From IMG/VR virus record IMGVR_UViG_3300031088_000645: 56,397 nucleotides of DNA; one strand, written 5' to 3'. The notes under the pieces are model-generated. The model was not told the DNA's origin. It searched no databases and saw only the letters and a list, made by a program, of their open reading frames with translations. The stretch is from an uncultured virus (IMG/VR IMGVR_UViG_3300031088_000645) (Duplodnaviria; Heunggongvirae; Uroviricota; Caudoviricetes). The stretch's first letter is position 1; the number at the start of each line of letters is the position of its first letter. Both the position numbers and the translations under genes were made by a program. Below are positions 47,277-55,708 of this stretch, piece by piece.

Positions 47277-48350
47277 ATGTCCAATCCCAACCTCATCAGG
47301 AAGTCTATTGTCGATAAGAACGGCAAGGCGACAACCGTTCATATCAGCATGGGTAAACTGGACCCCTCGCAAGATACCTCTCAGCCTCGAATCCATGCTG
47401 CTTCAACGCCGCCGCAGCTTAGTTCCGCACCGGGTGTCTACCAGTTCTCTATCGCGGTATCGCGTAATGACTATAACGTCTATCTACCCCGTAAGAAGAA
47501 TCCACGCGGCGTTTTCTATAAGGACCATATCATTATCGATGTTCCTGTTGTCGATGTCGAAGAAGCTCCCATTTCCATGTCCTACGACGACGTAGATTAT
47601 CGCCACTTCGATGGGAATATCTACAAGCTGGAGAGGGATGAAAACGGAATCGTCATTGAAGCAGAAGACATGTTCAGCGGCTCATACAGCCTAGAGCACT
47701 TCGATAGGTACGCAGAAGACACGCCGGATTACCAGGGTGTCTTCAACGAGCATGCTGACGACTTTATAGTGATTGATGGCGAGGTCTACAAGAAGACATC
47801 AGAGCCGAAGTACGTTATCGACGTAAGTCACCACATGTGGGGCGACACAATGAAGATCGGTGTGAGCGACAGCATGTACGACAGCAGAATCAGCAACGAA
47901 AACAACTTCTCTGCCTTGGAATACGACCAGGCAGTAGCTAAGGCTAGTGAGATTATCGATGGTATGACAGAAGCCTATAATTCAGGTCGAAATTCAGACA
48001 GCGACTGGAATATTAAGGCGGCTCGTCAAAGCCTTGATGAGCTAGAAAAGATTGAGGTGTCTGACCCCGCTGGCGTGGGAACAACTTATGAATTCCCCGT
48101 CCGCATCGAGTATCCCGAATTCCACAGCTATGACAGTAACGATTGGAACTCGGATAACGATCACAATGCAGGTGAGCGATTCACCAAGGCGATGACTGCG
48201 TACCGCGACATCATCCAGTCCACCCCAGGTGCTATTACCGAAACCGAGGCGGGCGCGAAGAAAATTGAGTGGTCTCGACTTCCAGATGGACTCAAGAGCA
48301 ACTACCAGAGCGCTCTCAGTTGGGCTTCCGATCACGACTACCTAGTCTAA
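47277..48350 (+). CDS. IVDKNG-tagged protein, unknown acidic domain
   Basis: MSNPNLIRKSIVDKNGKATTVHIS; GGAG SD. Confidence 0.7.
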   Translation: MSNPNLIRKSIVDKNGKATTVHISMGKLDPSQDTSQPRIHAASTPPQLSSAPGVYQFSIAVSRNDYNVYLPRKKNPRGVFYKDHIIIDVPVVDVEEAPISMSYDDVDYRHFDGNIYKLERDENGIVIEAEDMFSGSYSLEHFDRYAEDTPDYQGVFNEHADDFIVIDGEVYKKTSEPKYVIDVSHHMWGDTMKIGVSDSMYDSRISNENNFSALEYDQAVAKASEIIDGMTEAYNSGRNSDSDWNIKAARQSLDELEKIEVSDPAGVGTTYEFPVRIEYPEFHSYDSNDWNSDNDHNAGERFTKAMTAYRDIIQSTPGAITETEAGAKKIEWSRLPDGLKSNYQSALSWASDHDYLV

Positions 48351-48364
48351 TCGGTAGGTACAGG

Positions 48365-48392
48365 ACAAGCCACGAACTTCTTCGTGGCTTGT
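48365..48392 (+). terminator. Intrinsic terminator
   Basis: ACAAGCCACGAA/TTCGTGGCTTGT. Confidence 0.65.
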
Positions 48393-48448
48393 TCTCGTTA
48401 ACGGTCCCTCATCTTGACTTTTGCGTGACAATGAAGTACATTCAGAGA

Positions 48449-49534
48449 ATGACTGAACTTTATGCGAAGTGGCTCGATGCAGTATTCAAGACGGGAGACC
48501 GTGTTCTTCTCACGTTCCCCGATGGAGAGAAGATCCTCTGGACCGCTAATCTGAATGCTGCTGCACACGGCGACCTCGGAGATGCTGCTATTGATGAGCA
48601 GGGGCGTAATGTTGCTCCCCTCAACTCCTACCACACCCTCGCGGCAGGTAAGTTCCTCGAACCCATCTCAGTGCGCACGCTCGACACTAACGAGCCGGGT
48701 ATCGATGTGGACAGTCTTAGTCCTATCAACCACATCGATGATGTTCCGTTCGGTGATCTTGTTGTTGCTACGCTCTCAGATGGTTCTCTCATTGAGTTCG
48801 TTCATAACGACCATGAAGAGAGCATTGGTGGCGATAGCGCTCACACGCGATACACCGACATCAACATCGATAACTCGTACGCATCACTTTGGGTTGGCAC
48901 CCGCGCAAATGACGGAAGTCATGATGAGGTAGAGGTCGATGATGCCGCAGCAAACAGTGTCGCTCCGACAAATCCTGCGCCTAATGGTGGACCAGTAGAT
49001 ATCAACGGTGGCAGCATCGTTGTCTACTCCGATGGAACGTATGTCGTCAATGGCGTGGACGGTAGCGGCAACCGCACCACATCCAAGCCCCTGCCCGCGT
49101 TCCAGCCGCCGAGCTTCTCGCTGGTGATGGATTTCCCGCCATCTGAGCTTTGGATGTACCCGAAGGATTACCTCGTCGGGCTAGACAAGGCAGGTGTCGT
49201 TGGCGCTCAGTTCCTGAACGCACACGATCTGTTCGGTCACAAGTTCCATATCTACGATGCTGATGAGCTAAAGCAGTGGGTCAAGGACTTCACTGAGGTT
49301 GCGCTGAGCAAGAAGGCATGGGAACTTGATGAGGCTTTCTGGAAGTACTCGCTGACCTACTTCGTCACTCGACCTGCTACCAACGTCAAGACACCAGAGG
49401 ATGCTCTTGAACTGCATCCTGTTGCTAAGCGTGTGGGTGTCGAATTGTTCTTCGGTGGCGCGGCTACTCTCGTAAACAACCCAGATGATGACAGTGAGAC
49501 GACCAACTCCATCCGTTCCTTCTTCATCAACTAG
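48449..49534 (+). CDS. Hypothetical protein
   Basis: TACATT-N6-ATG leaderless start (MTELYAKW). Confidence 0.7.
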   Translation: MTELYAKWLDAVFKTGDRVLLTFPDGEKILWTANLNAAAHGDLGDAAIDEQGRNVAPLNSYHTLAAGKFLEPISVRTLDTNEPGIDVDSLSPINHIDDVPFGDLVVATLSDGSLIEFVHNDHEESIGGDSAHTRYTDINIDNSYASLWVGTRANDGSHDEVEVDDAAANSVAPTNPAPNGGPVDINGGSIVVYSDGTYVVNGVDGSGNRTTSKPLPAFQPPSFSLVMDFPPSELWMYPKDYLVGLDKAGVVGAQFLNAHDLFGHKFHIYDADELKQWVKDFTEVALSKKAWELDEAFWKYSLTYFVTRPATNVKTPEDALELHPVAKRVGVELFFGGAATLVNNPDDDSETTNSIRSFFIN

Positions 49535-49579
49535 TCACAAGTAGTGAGTGACCACATCCGGTGATGCCATAATTGCCGG

Positions 49580-49840
49580 ATGTGGTTCACTGAGCAGACA
49601 ACCCTAATCGGCGCGCTAGGACTTGGCGTTGCTGTAATTCTTGCTGTCCTCGTGTTCGCCTTCTTTGACGTAAAATCGGGACTACAAGGCAAAGAGTCTT
49701 TTACCGGTAACTTCACCGCTTTCCTCGTGAGGACCGCTGGTATGAACTTCTGGCACACAAGGGTGTTTTTGATTGTCATTGCGCTTTTGGTCGTGATGAT
49801 CATTGCGACACTTGTCGTCGTATTCCATCTCAGTGTGTGA
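49580..49840 (+). CDS. Small two-TM membrane protein
   Basis: CATAAT-N6-ATG; two hydrophobic segments. Confidence 0.6.
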   Translation: MWFTEQTTLIGALGLGVAVILAVLVFAFFDVKSGLQGKESFTGNFTAFLVRTAGMNFWHTRVFLIVIALLVVMIIATLVVVFHLSV

Positions 49841-49903
49841 CCAAATGTGAATATACCCCAGATGAGGGGTCATTCCTTACACCCGCCTCCACTACTGATT
49901 GGA

Positions 49904-49948
49904 GGGTGTTTACCTCTTGGTATAATCTGCACTAAGAGGTAAACACCC
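49904..49948 (+). promoter_or_regulatory. Perfect 15-bp inverted repeat enclosing a TATAAT; right arm contains the RBS
   Basis: GGGTGTTTACCTCTT (49904-49918) / AAGAGGTAAACACCC (49934-49948); TATAAT at 49921. Confidence 0.7.
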
Positions 49949-51949
49949 ATGTCATTCACTAGTAGACTAGTAGCTAGGCTGTCATCTGATAGAGCCGAGA
50001 ACTCTATCATGCAGACCATTACTATCGCTGTGTCTGCAATCCTCATTGCCTCTGGGCTTGTTACCGCACCTGGCTTGATCAATAACGCCAGAGACAACAA
50101 TGCCAGAACCGACCTTGCGAACATCGCGTACTCGGAAGAGTTCGTCATGGCTGATACAGGTAGGTACATCTCGAAGTTACGCGGGGAATCATCACTTTCC
50201 TTTTACATGTCTGAAAGTGGAGCCGGTGTCAAATTGACACTCTCTAGTTCTGTGTCAGATCAACAAGCCATTGTGTGTAACAATCCTGAATGGGCTTACC
50301 TCATCAAGGCAACATCATCGTCCGGCAAGACATTCTTCCGTGCGTCTAACTCTGCGGCTGTAAGTTCTGATCTTAGCGCGGTTCAGATAGCACAATGTAT
50401 TGCGGACGATCCTCAGTTCCCTGGCTTCTTGGAAGATTCGACGGCACCGGGTGAATCTCCCGGAAACAGTGGTAACTCACCCAGCGCCCCTATTATCACC
50501 AACACCGCGCTACCTAATGGTTCAGTCGGACAACCGTATTCATACCAGTTTGCTGCAACGGGTTCACCACTATTTTCTTCCACCGACCTACCGAACGGTC
50601 TGGCGCTATCCACAAGTGGTCTACTTAGCGGCACACCCACTGAAAACGGTAAGACGACTTTCCATATCAAGGCTCAAAACCAGGGTGGCTCTTCAACCAT
50701 CGAGACGTTCCTGACTGTGGGTCAGTCGCCTAACCTCAACGCGGTTCCCAACAAGCTACCTGACACGGCGATAGACACACCGTATAGCTACAAGGTTGAG
50801 GCAAGTGGATTCCCTGCTCCTGTGATTTCAGCATCTGGTTTGCCTGCGGGTCTCTCTATGACTACGGATGGACTGATTTCGGGAACTCCTAAGGATGTTT
50901 CGTCCTATACCGTCACGCTTACTGCCACTAACTCTTTGGGCAAGGTGACCAAGACTGCGACCATCAAATCAGTTACTACGTATTCCAAGGCTACGCTTAA
51001 TACCGCAACCATCAAGCTTCCTACCGCCGTAATTGGTGAAGAGTACGATGGGTACCAGTTCAGCGCTCAGGGTTCTCCAGACCCCGTATTTACAAGCAAT
51101 AGGTCGTTGCCAACAGGAATGACCCTGAGTGAAGATGGCGAACTCAGTGGTACACCTACGGACTTCGGTAGTAGTGGTCAAGGCACAACAGCACTGTTTG
51201 TCAATTTGACCAACGTCAAGGGCATCAACGTCTATTCGATTCCACTGCCCAAACGATATGCAGGTGACCTTCCGGTTATGACCACTACGGCAGAGATGCC
51301 TACCGGCGTTACTTCTGAACCCTATGCCGGTTTCACAGTCAGTGCATCCGGTACGCCGAAGCCCACTTACAGCGCGTCGGCATTACCTGCTGGCTTAACC
51401 ATCAATAAAGACACTGGTGTGGTTTCGGGAACACCTACAGCATCATTCAATTCTGATGTCGTATTTACAGCAACAAATCAGGTTGGTTCCGCCTCTGTTA
51501 CCAAGCGCCTGACTATCTCGTTCGCAGCATATTCGTACACTCAGGACTTCCAAACAGTAACCAACGGCAATCAACTAGCAGAGTGGAAGCAAAAGAGATC
51601 GCAAGACTCTACTCAAACTGATGTCACTGTTTTCCGTCAAAGTTCGAGCTTGGTATATCTTTCGTCATCTGGTAAGGGTATTGATTACTTCCTGACGTTG
51701 AACTTCGCACCGGGAATTTATGAGGTGAGTGCTGACGTATTCCACACTCAGGGGGCGTTACCGTGGACCATATCGAATGGTAACGGTAGCTATACCTCGG
51801 CACCTCTCAAAGCCTATGCGTTCAATACCATCAGCACGACTCTCAACTTCACTCAATCTGGTAATCAGCAAATCAAGATATCGCTACCAGCTAATGCATC
51901 ATCAGGAACATTGCAGCTAGACAACGTAAAGGTAACTCGCGTAGGATAA
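49949..51949 (+). CDS. Pilin-like N-terminus + four putative Ig (He_PIG) domains + C-terminal beta-sandwich adhesin
   Basis: AENSIMQTITIAVSAIL hydrophobic helix; repeated LPxGLx...GxxSGTP. Confidence 0.75.
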   Translation: MSFTSRLVARLSSDRAENSIMQTITIAVSAILIASGLVTAPGLINNARDNNARTDLANIAYSEEFVMADTGRYISKLRGESSLSFYMSESGAGVKLTLSSSVSDQQAIVCNNPEWAYLIKATSSSGKTFFRASNSAAVSSDLSAVQIAQCIADDPQFPGFLEDSTAPGESPGNSGNSPSAPIITNTALPNGSVGQPYSYQFAATGSPLFSSTDLPNGLALSTSGLLSGTPTENGKTTFHIKAQNQGGSSTIETFLTVGQSPNLNAVPNKLPDTAIDTPYSYKVEASGFPAPVISASGLPAGLSMTTDGLISGTPKDVSSYTVTLTATNSLGKVTKTATIKSVTTYSKATLNTATIKLPTAVIGEEYDGYQFSAQGSPDPVFTSNRSLPTGMTLSEDGELSGTPTDFGSSGQGTTALFVNLTNVKGINVYSIPLPKRYAGDLPVMTTTAEMPTGVTSEPYAGFTVSASGTPKPTYSASALPAGLTINKDTGVVSGTPTASFNSDVVFTATNQVGSASVTKRLTISFAAYSYTQDFQTVTNGNQLAEWKQKRSQDSTQTDVTVFRQSSSLVYLSSSGKGIDYFLTLNFAPGIYEVSADVFHTQGALPWTISNGNGSYTSAPLKAYAFNTISTTLNFTQSGNQQIKISLPANASSGTLQLDNVKVTRVG

Positions 51950-51999
51950 CCTGCTGTTTTCGATTTGACATGTGACCTACTTACTGATATAACTTCCAT

Positions 52000-53079
52000 A
52001 TGGTAAACAACACTATCGTTCGTAAGGTGCGCCGCGCCGTTCTATCTACGCTGCTCGCTGTTGCTCTTATTGGCGGCGCTACAGTGGTTGGTCCATTCAG
52101 TCTTGACATGGCGCAAGCTGCTGAAGTCTCCACAAAGGCGACCCTTGCGAATCCGAACGATGCGCTTCCTGTAGCCGTTCTCGGTGAGCCTTATCCTGAT
52201 TACAAGTTCGAGTCCATTGGCTTCCCTGTGCCGAGCTTCAGTACCAACAGAACTCTTCCAGCAGGAATGACTCTTAGTAAGGATGGTGTTTTGTCGGGTG
52301 TGCCCACGGGCAACCCCATCAAGACTCAGCTTGCTGTCTACCTGTCGAATGCTAAGGGGATTACTACATACAACATCCCCCTCACGGTGCGTTACCCCGG
52401 TACCGCTCCTATCCTTGCGCAAGGTGATTTAATGCCTGAGGGTCTGGTAGGTAATCCGTACTCGTATGGTGTCACCGCGACCGCCAGCCCAAGCCCGATT
52501 TTTTCTGCTTCTAACCTCCCCAGTGGTCTGGTTATCAACCCCTCCACCGGACTTATCGCCGGTACACCTAAGCAAAGTTTTGATGACAACATCACCATCT
52601 CAGCAAGTAATCATGTTGGTACTAGCTCAGTAGTCAAGCACCTTGTGATCGTGCAGAATGCAAGCGCTTATTCACAGGGATTTGACGCAAAGGGAGACTT
52701 CCCCGAATGGCAGCTAAAGCGGTCACAGGACAACGACTTCATGGATGTCCAGCAGTTCATTCAAAACAGAACAACTGGATACCTCTTCAACACCGGCAAG
52801 GGTACCGACTACGAACTAACGATGCGGTTCGCTCCTGGCGTTTACAAGGTGAATGCCGAGACCTATCAGAGCAAGATTACCGGCTCGTGGACGATTTCTG
52901 CGGGTGATGATGTGCTGATTACCCCGGTCGCCGCCGCCAACAAGTTTGTCCCTCAGGAGATGACCTTTGAGGTTAGCCAGTACGGTAATGAGTCCATCCA
53001 CTTCGTGTTCCCCACACAGAAGCCCACAGATGGCTATTCGTTTAGCCTCGATAACGTCACTGTCAATAAGATTGGTTGA
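52000..53079 (+). CDS. Secreted putative-Ig-domain protein, paralog of the C-terminal half of 49949..51949
   Basis: Sec signal ending AQA; two LPxG...GxP Ig repeats; TTGACA-17-TATAAC-N6-ATG. Confidence 0.75.
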   Translation: MVNNTIVRKVRRAVLSTLLAVALIGGATVVGPFSLDMAQAAEVSTKATLANPNDALPVAVLGEPYPDYKFESIGFPVPSFSTNRTLPAGMTLSKDGVLSGVPTGNPIKTQLAVYLSNAKGITTYNIPLTVRYPGTAPILAQGDLMPEGLVGNPYSYGVTATASPSPIFSASNLPSGLVINPSTGLIAGTPKQSFDDNITISASNHVGTSSVVKHLVIVQNASAYSQGFDAKGDFPEWQLKRSQDNDFMDVQQFIQNRTTGYLFNTGKGTDYELTMRFAPGVYKVNAETYQSKITGSWTISAGDDVLITPVAAANKFVPQEMTFEVSQYGNESIHFVFPTQKPTDGYSFSLDNVTVNKIG

Positions 53080-53174
53080 CCTGCATAACAATAATTGACC
53101 CCAGTTGGGGGTGAATGTACCACGATTATCGAGATAAATCAATTGGGGTACATTGGTTTGCATAGAATACCACT

Positions 53175-54179
53175 ATGCCTTTTCTCCCATCTCGACTACA
53201 GATGTCTGATGATCATGGTGAAAATTCCATCATGCAGACCATCACCATCGCGGTTTCTGCGATCCTGATTGCCGCTGGTCTTGTTACTGCTCCTGGTCTC
53301 ATCAATAACGCCCGGGACAACAATGCGACTACTGAGTTAGCCAACATCTCTTACGGTGAGGCAGCCTACCTCGCTGAGAACGGTAAGTACACATCGAGCG
53401 TAGATGAACTCAGTAATGGCTCTGTCAAGATTACCAAGGGCGGTGATTCGCAAACCAACATCTTCGCGGGCGACAACTGCTTTGGAGCATTCTCTAAGTC
53501 AACAAGTGGTAAGTACTTCTACGCATCTTCTGAGAAGAGCGGTGTCACCCTCATTGGCACAACATGGTCTGCCACCAAGCCTGCTGATTATCCCGCTAAC
53601 TGCCAGTGGCCGACCACGAGTAAGCAGGCTGTTGGCTCTTCCTTTACCAACCTTGTACCCAACCCAGGTTTTGAAGCGGCAACAATCGGAAACATCATCG
53701 CGCCCGGTTCTGTAACCTACACCAAGGGTACTGTTGGTGCTAACGGCAATCTTTCGTTCAAACGCACATCCACAGCAGATCCCTTCATCATGCTTGTTGT
53801 TCCTGCTCAGGCGAACGCGGGCGATACCTTTACATGGAAATTCGATATCTGGACCGATTCTCCTACTCCTGTCAATGCTGAGGGATTCTTCTTCCGTCTA
53901 CCCAACGACATCTCACTAATGGACACCAGGACCGCCTACAGCGTTTCTTCTACTAAGCAGACTGTCACCATCACCGGTAAGGTTCCTGCCGGAACGAGCG
54001 GTTCTGAACTTCAACTAATCTTCCGCCCTGTCATGAGTGACACTTACCGCACATATGTGGACAACGTTATGTTGGTCAAAGGTAATTACAGTGGAAGCTA
54101 CTTCGATGGTAACTCCGCAAACGCTCAGTGGTCGGGAACCCCGAATGCATCACCCTCAACCCTAAGCATGGAGAAATAA
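53175..54179 (+). CDS. Pilin-like protein with carbohydrate-binding-like C-terminal domain
   Basis: GENSIMQTITIAV...; NLVPNPGFE...YVDNVML...YFDG. Confidence 0.7.
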   Translation: MPFLPSRLQMSDDHGENSIMQTITIAVSAILIAAGLVTAPGLINNARDNNATTELANISYGEAAYLAENGKYTSSVDELSNGSVKITKGGDSQTNIFAGDNCFGAFSKSTSGKYFYASSEKSGVTLIGTTWSATKPADYPANCQWPTTSKQAVGSSFTNLVPNPGFEAATIGNIIAPGSVTYTKGTVGANGNLSFKRTSTADPFIMLVVPAQANAGDTFTWKFDIWTDSPTPVNAEGFFFRLPNDISLMDTRTAYSVSSTKQTVTITGKVPAGTSGSELQLIFRPVMSDTYRTYVDNVMLVKGNYSGSYFDGNSANAQWSGTPNASPSTLSMEK

Positions 54180-55606
54180 TGCAACACCCGAATCTACTTT
54201 TAGATGATGCTGCCGAAAACAGCATCATGCAAACCATCACCATTGCTGTCTCAGCCATTCTGATTGCCTCTGGACTTGTCACCGCGCCGGGTCTAATCAA
54301 CAACGCCCGTGACAACAATGCGACAACCGACCTATCGAACATCGCTTATGCCCAGGAAGTCTATCTTGGAGATCAGGGTACTTATGCCGACCTACCTACG
54401 CTAGTCGAGGCTGGTAAGTCACAGAGCGCTGACAAGCCTGCTGCGCGCATTACGCTTTCCGCAAAGACAAGCAACCAAGAAGTCCGCTTCTGTAACACGC
54501 CTGATGCCTGGGTGGCAAAGGCGACATCACCATCTGGAAAGACTTTCTATCGCTCTTCAGACTCAGCGACAACCAGTAGCAGCCTGTCTGAAATCAAGCT
54601 TGCCAGTTGCCTCGACACCACCAACTTTGAAGTTGCTCAGCCGGAAGAAGGCGGAAGCAACCCGGGCGATGGTAATGACAATGGCGGCGACAACGGCGGG
54701 AGCAATCCTGGTTCAGGAACTCCCGAGGAACAGCCTGGCTATGTGAACCCTACACCTCCCACTATTGTTGCTGACCCAGAGGGATACAAGGCGGTCTCTT
54801 ATGACCCAGACTACGATGCTATCGTTCTTCCTCTCAACAGAGGCTCTGCTGAGTTCCAGAAGTTCATTCCTAGCACCCCAAACAACCTCGACCAGAAGCT
54901 AACTACCATTACGGGAGTTACCACCAAGGGCGCTCCTGGAATTACTACAGAGGACTTGAGTGGCGGTTACACCTACATCCTTCCTCAGGATGCCACCAAC
55001 AGGGTGATTCTCGGAATGAACCCTGGGTTTGATGCCACTGATGAAGAGATGTATCTCTTCTACAAGGACAGTGTTGTTCAGTACACCGTAGAAGGATCTG
55101 ATGTTGTCAACGCTATCCACATTTCTACGCCAGACGCAGACAACCCCGCAGTCCTTTATAGAGGTTGGGTTCCTGTAGGAGCGGTAGCACCGATGCCAAG
55201 TACTAACTATGTATCGCGTTATGCACTGTCAGACAAGTACATTGCTCCTGACTACAGCACGTATTACGGAATGCAGTACCAAGGATTCATCAACAACGCT
55301 GCCAACATGTCCAATGTTCGCGCTGGTAACTACCTCAACGTCAATCAGGGTAAGGACATTCAAATTGCAACAGTACGTGCTTTCGTAGACGGCGAAGAAA
55401 TCACCATCAACGGTTCAGGATGGGTTGTTAGCTATGACAGAGAAAACACCGCTCACTTCGGTGTTCGTAACGTATCTGGTGGCAAGGTAGGTGCTAACGC
55501 ACAAGAAGAGGCAGCCTTCTTTGCTCGTGGTGTTATGACCTTCACCGTGCCGAGCGACAATCTGTCACCTCGACAGATCAGCAAGGTGTCCTTCGGTAAC
55601 GGATAA
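54179..55606 (+). CDS. Pilin-like protein with unknown C-terminal domain
   Basis: TAATG coupling; AENSIMQTITIAV...; G/N/D-rich linker. Confidence 0.7.
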   Translation: MQHPNLLLDDAAENSIMQTITIAVSAILIASGLVTAPGLINNARDNNATTDLSNIAYAQEVYLGDQGTYADLPTLVEAGKSQSADKPAARITLSAKTSNQEVRFCNTPDAWVAKATSPSGKTFYRSSDSATTSSSLSEIKLASCLDTTNFEVAQPEEGGSNPGDGNDNGGDNGGSNPGSGTPEEQPGYVNPTPPTIVADPEGYKAVSYDPDYDAIVLPLNRGSAEFQKFIPSTPNNLDQKLTTITGVTTKGAPGITTEDLSGGYTYILPQDATNRVILGMNPGFDATDEEMYLFYKDSVVQYTVEGSDVVNAIHISTPDADNPAVLYRGWVPVGAVAPMPSTNYVSRYALSDKYIAPDYSTYYGMQYQGFINNAANMSNVRAGNYLNVNQGKDIQIATVRAFVDGEEITINGSGWVVSYDRENTAHFGVRNVSGGKVGANAQEEAAFFARGVMTFTVPSDNLSPRQISKVSFGNG

Positions 55607-55615
55607 CACACTACG

Positions 55616-55653
55616 CAAAAGAGCCTCACTGCTTTGGTGGTGAGGCTCTTTTG
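55616..55653 (+). terminator. Intrinsic terminator
   Basis: CAAAAGAGCCTCAC/GTGAGGCTCTTTTG. Confidence 0.75.
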
Positions 55654-55708
55654 TTTGTTTCAATGACGGTCGTAAGTTGTCGATACAATAGGGCGTAGGA
55701 AGGTAACA

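Noticed and set aside
49990..54350. Pilin N-terminal repeats as a shufflon or DGR
   Set aside because: Copies differ at synonymous sites, all are full genes in the same orientation, and no recombinase or reverse transcriptase is in the window.
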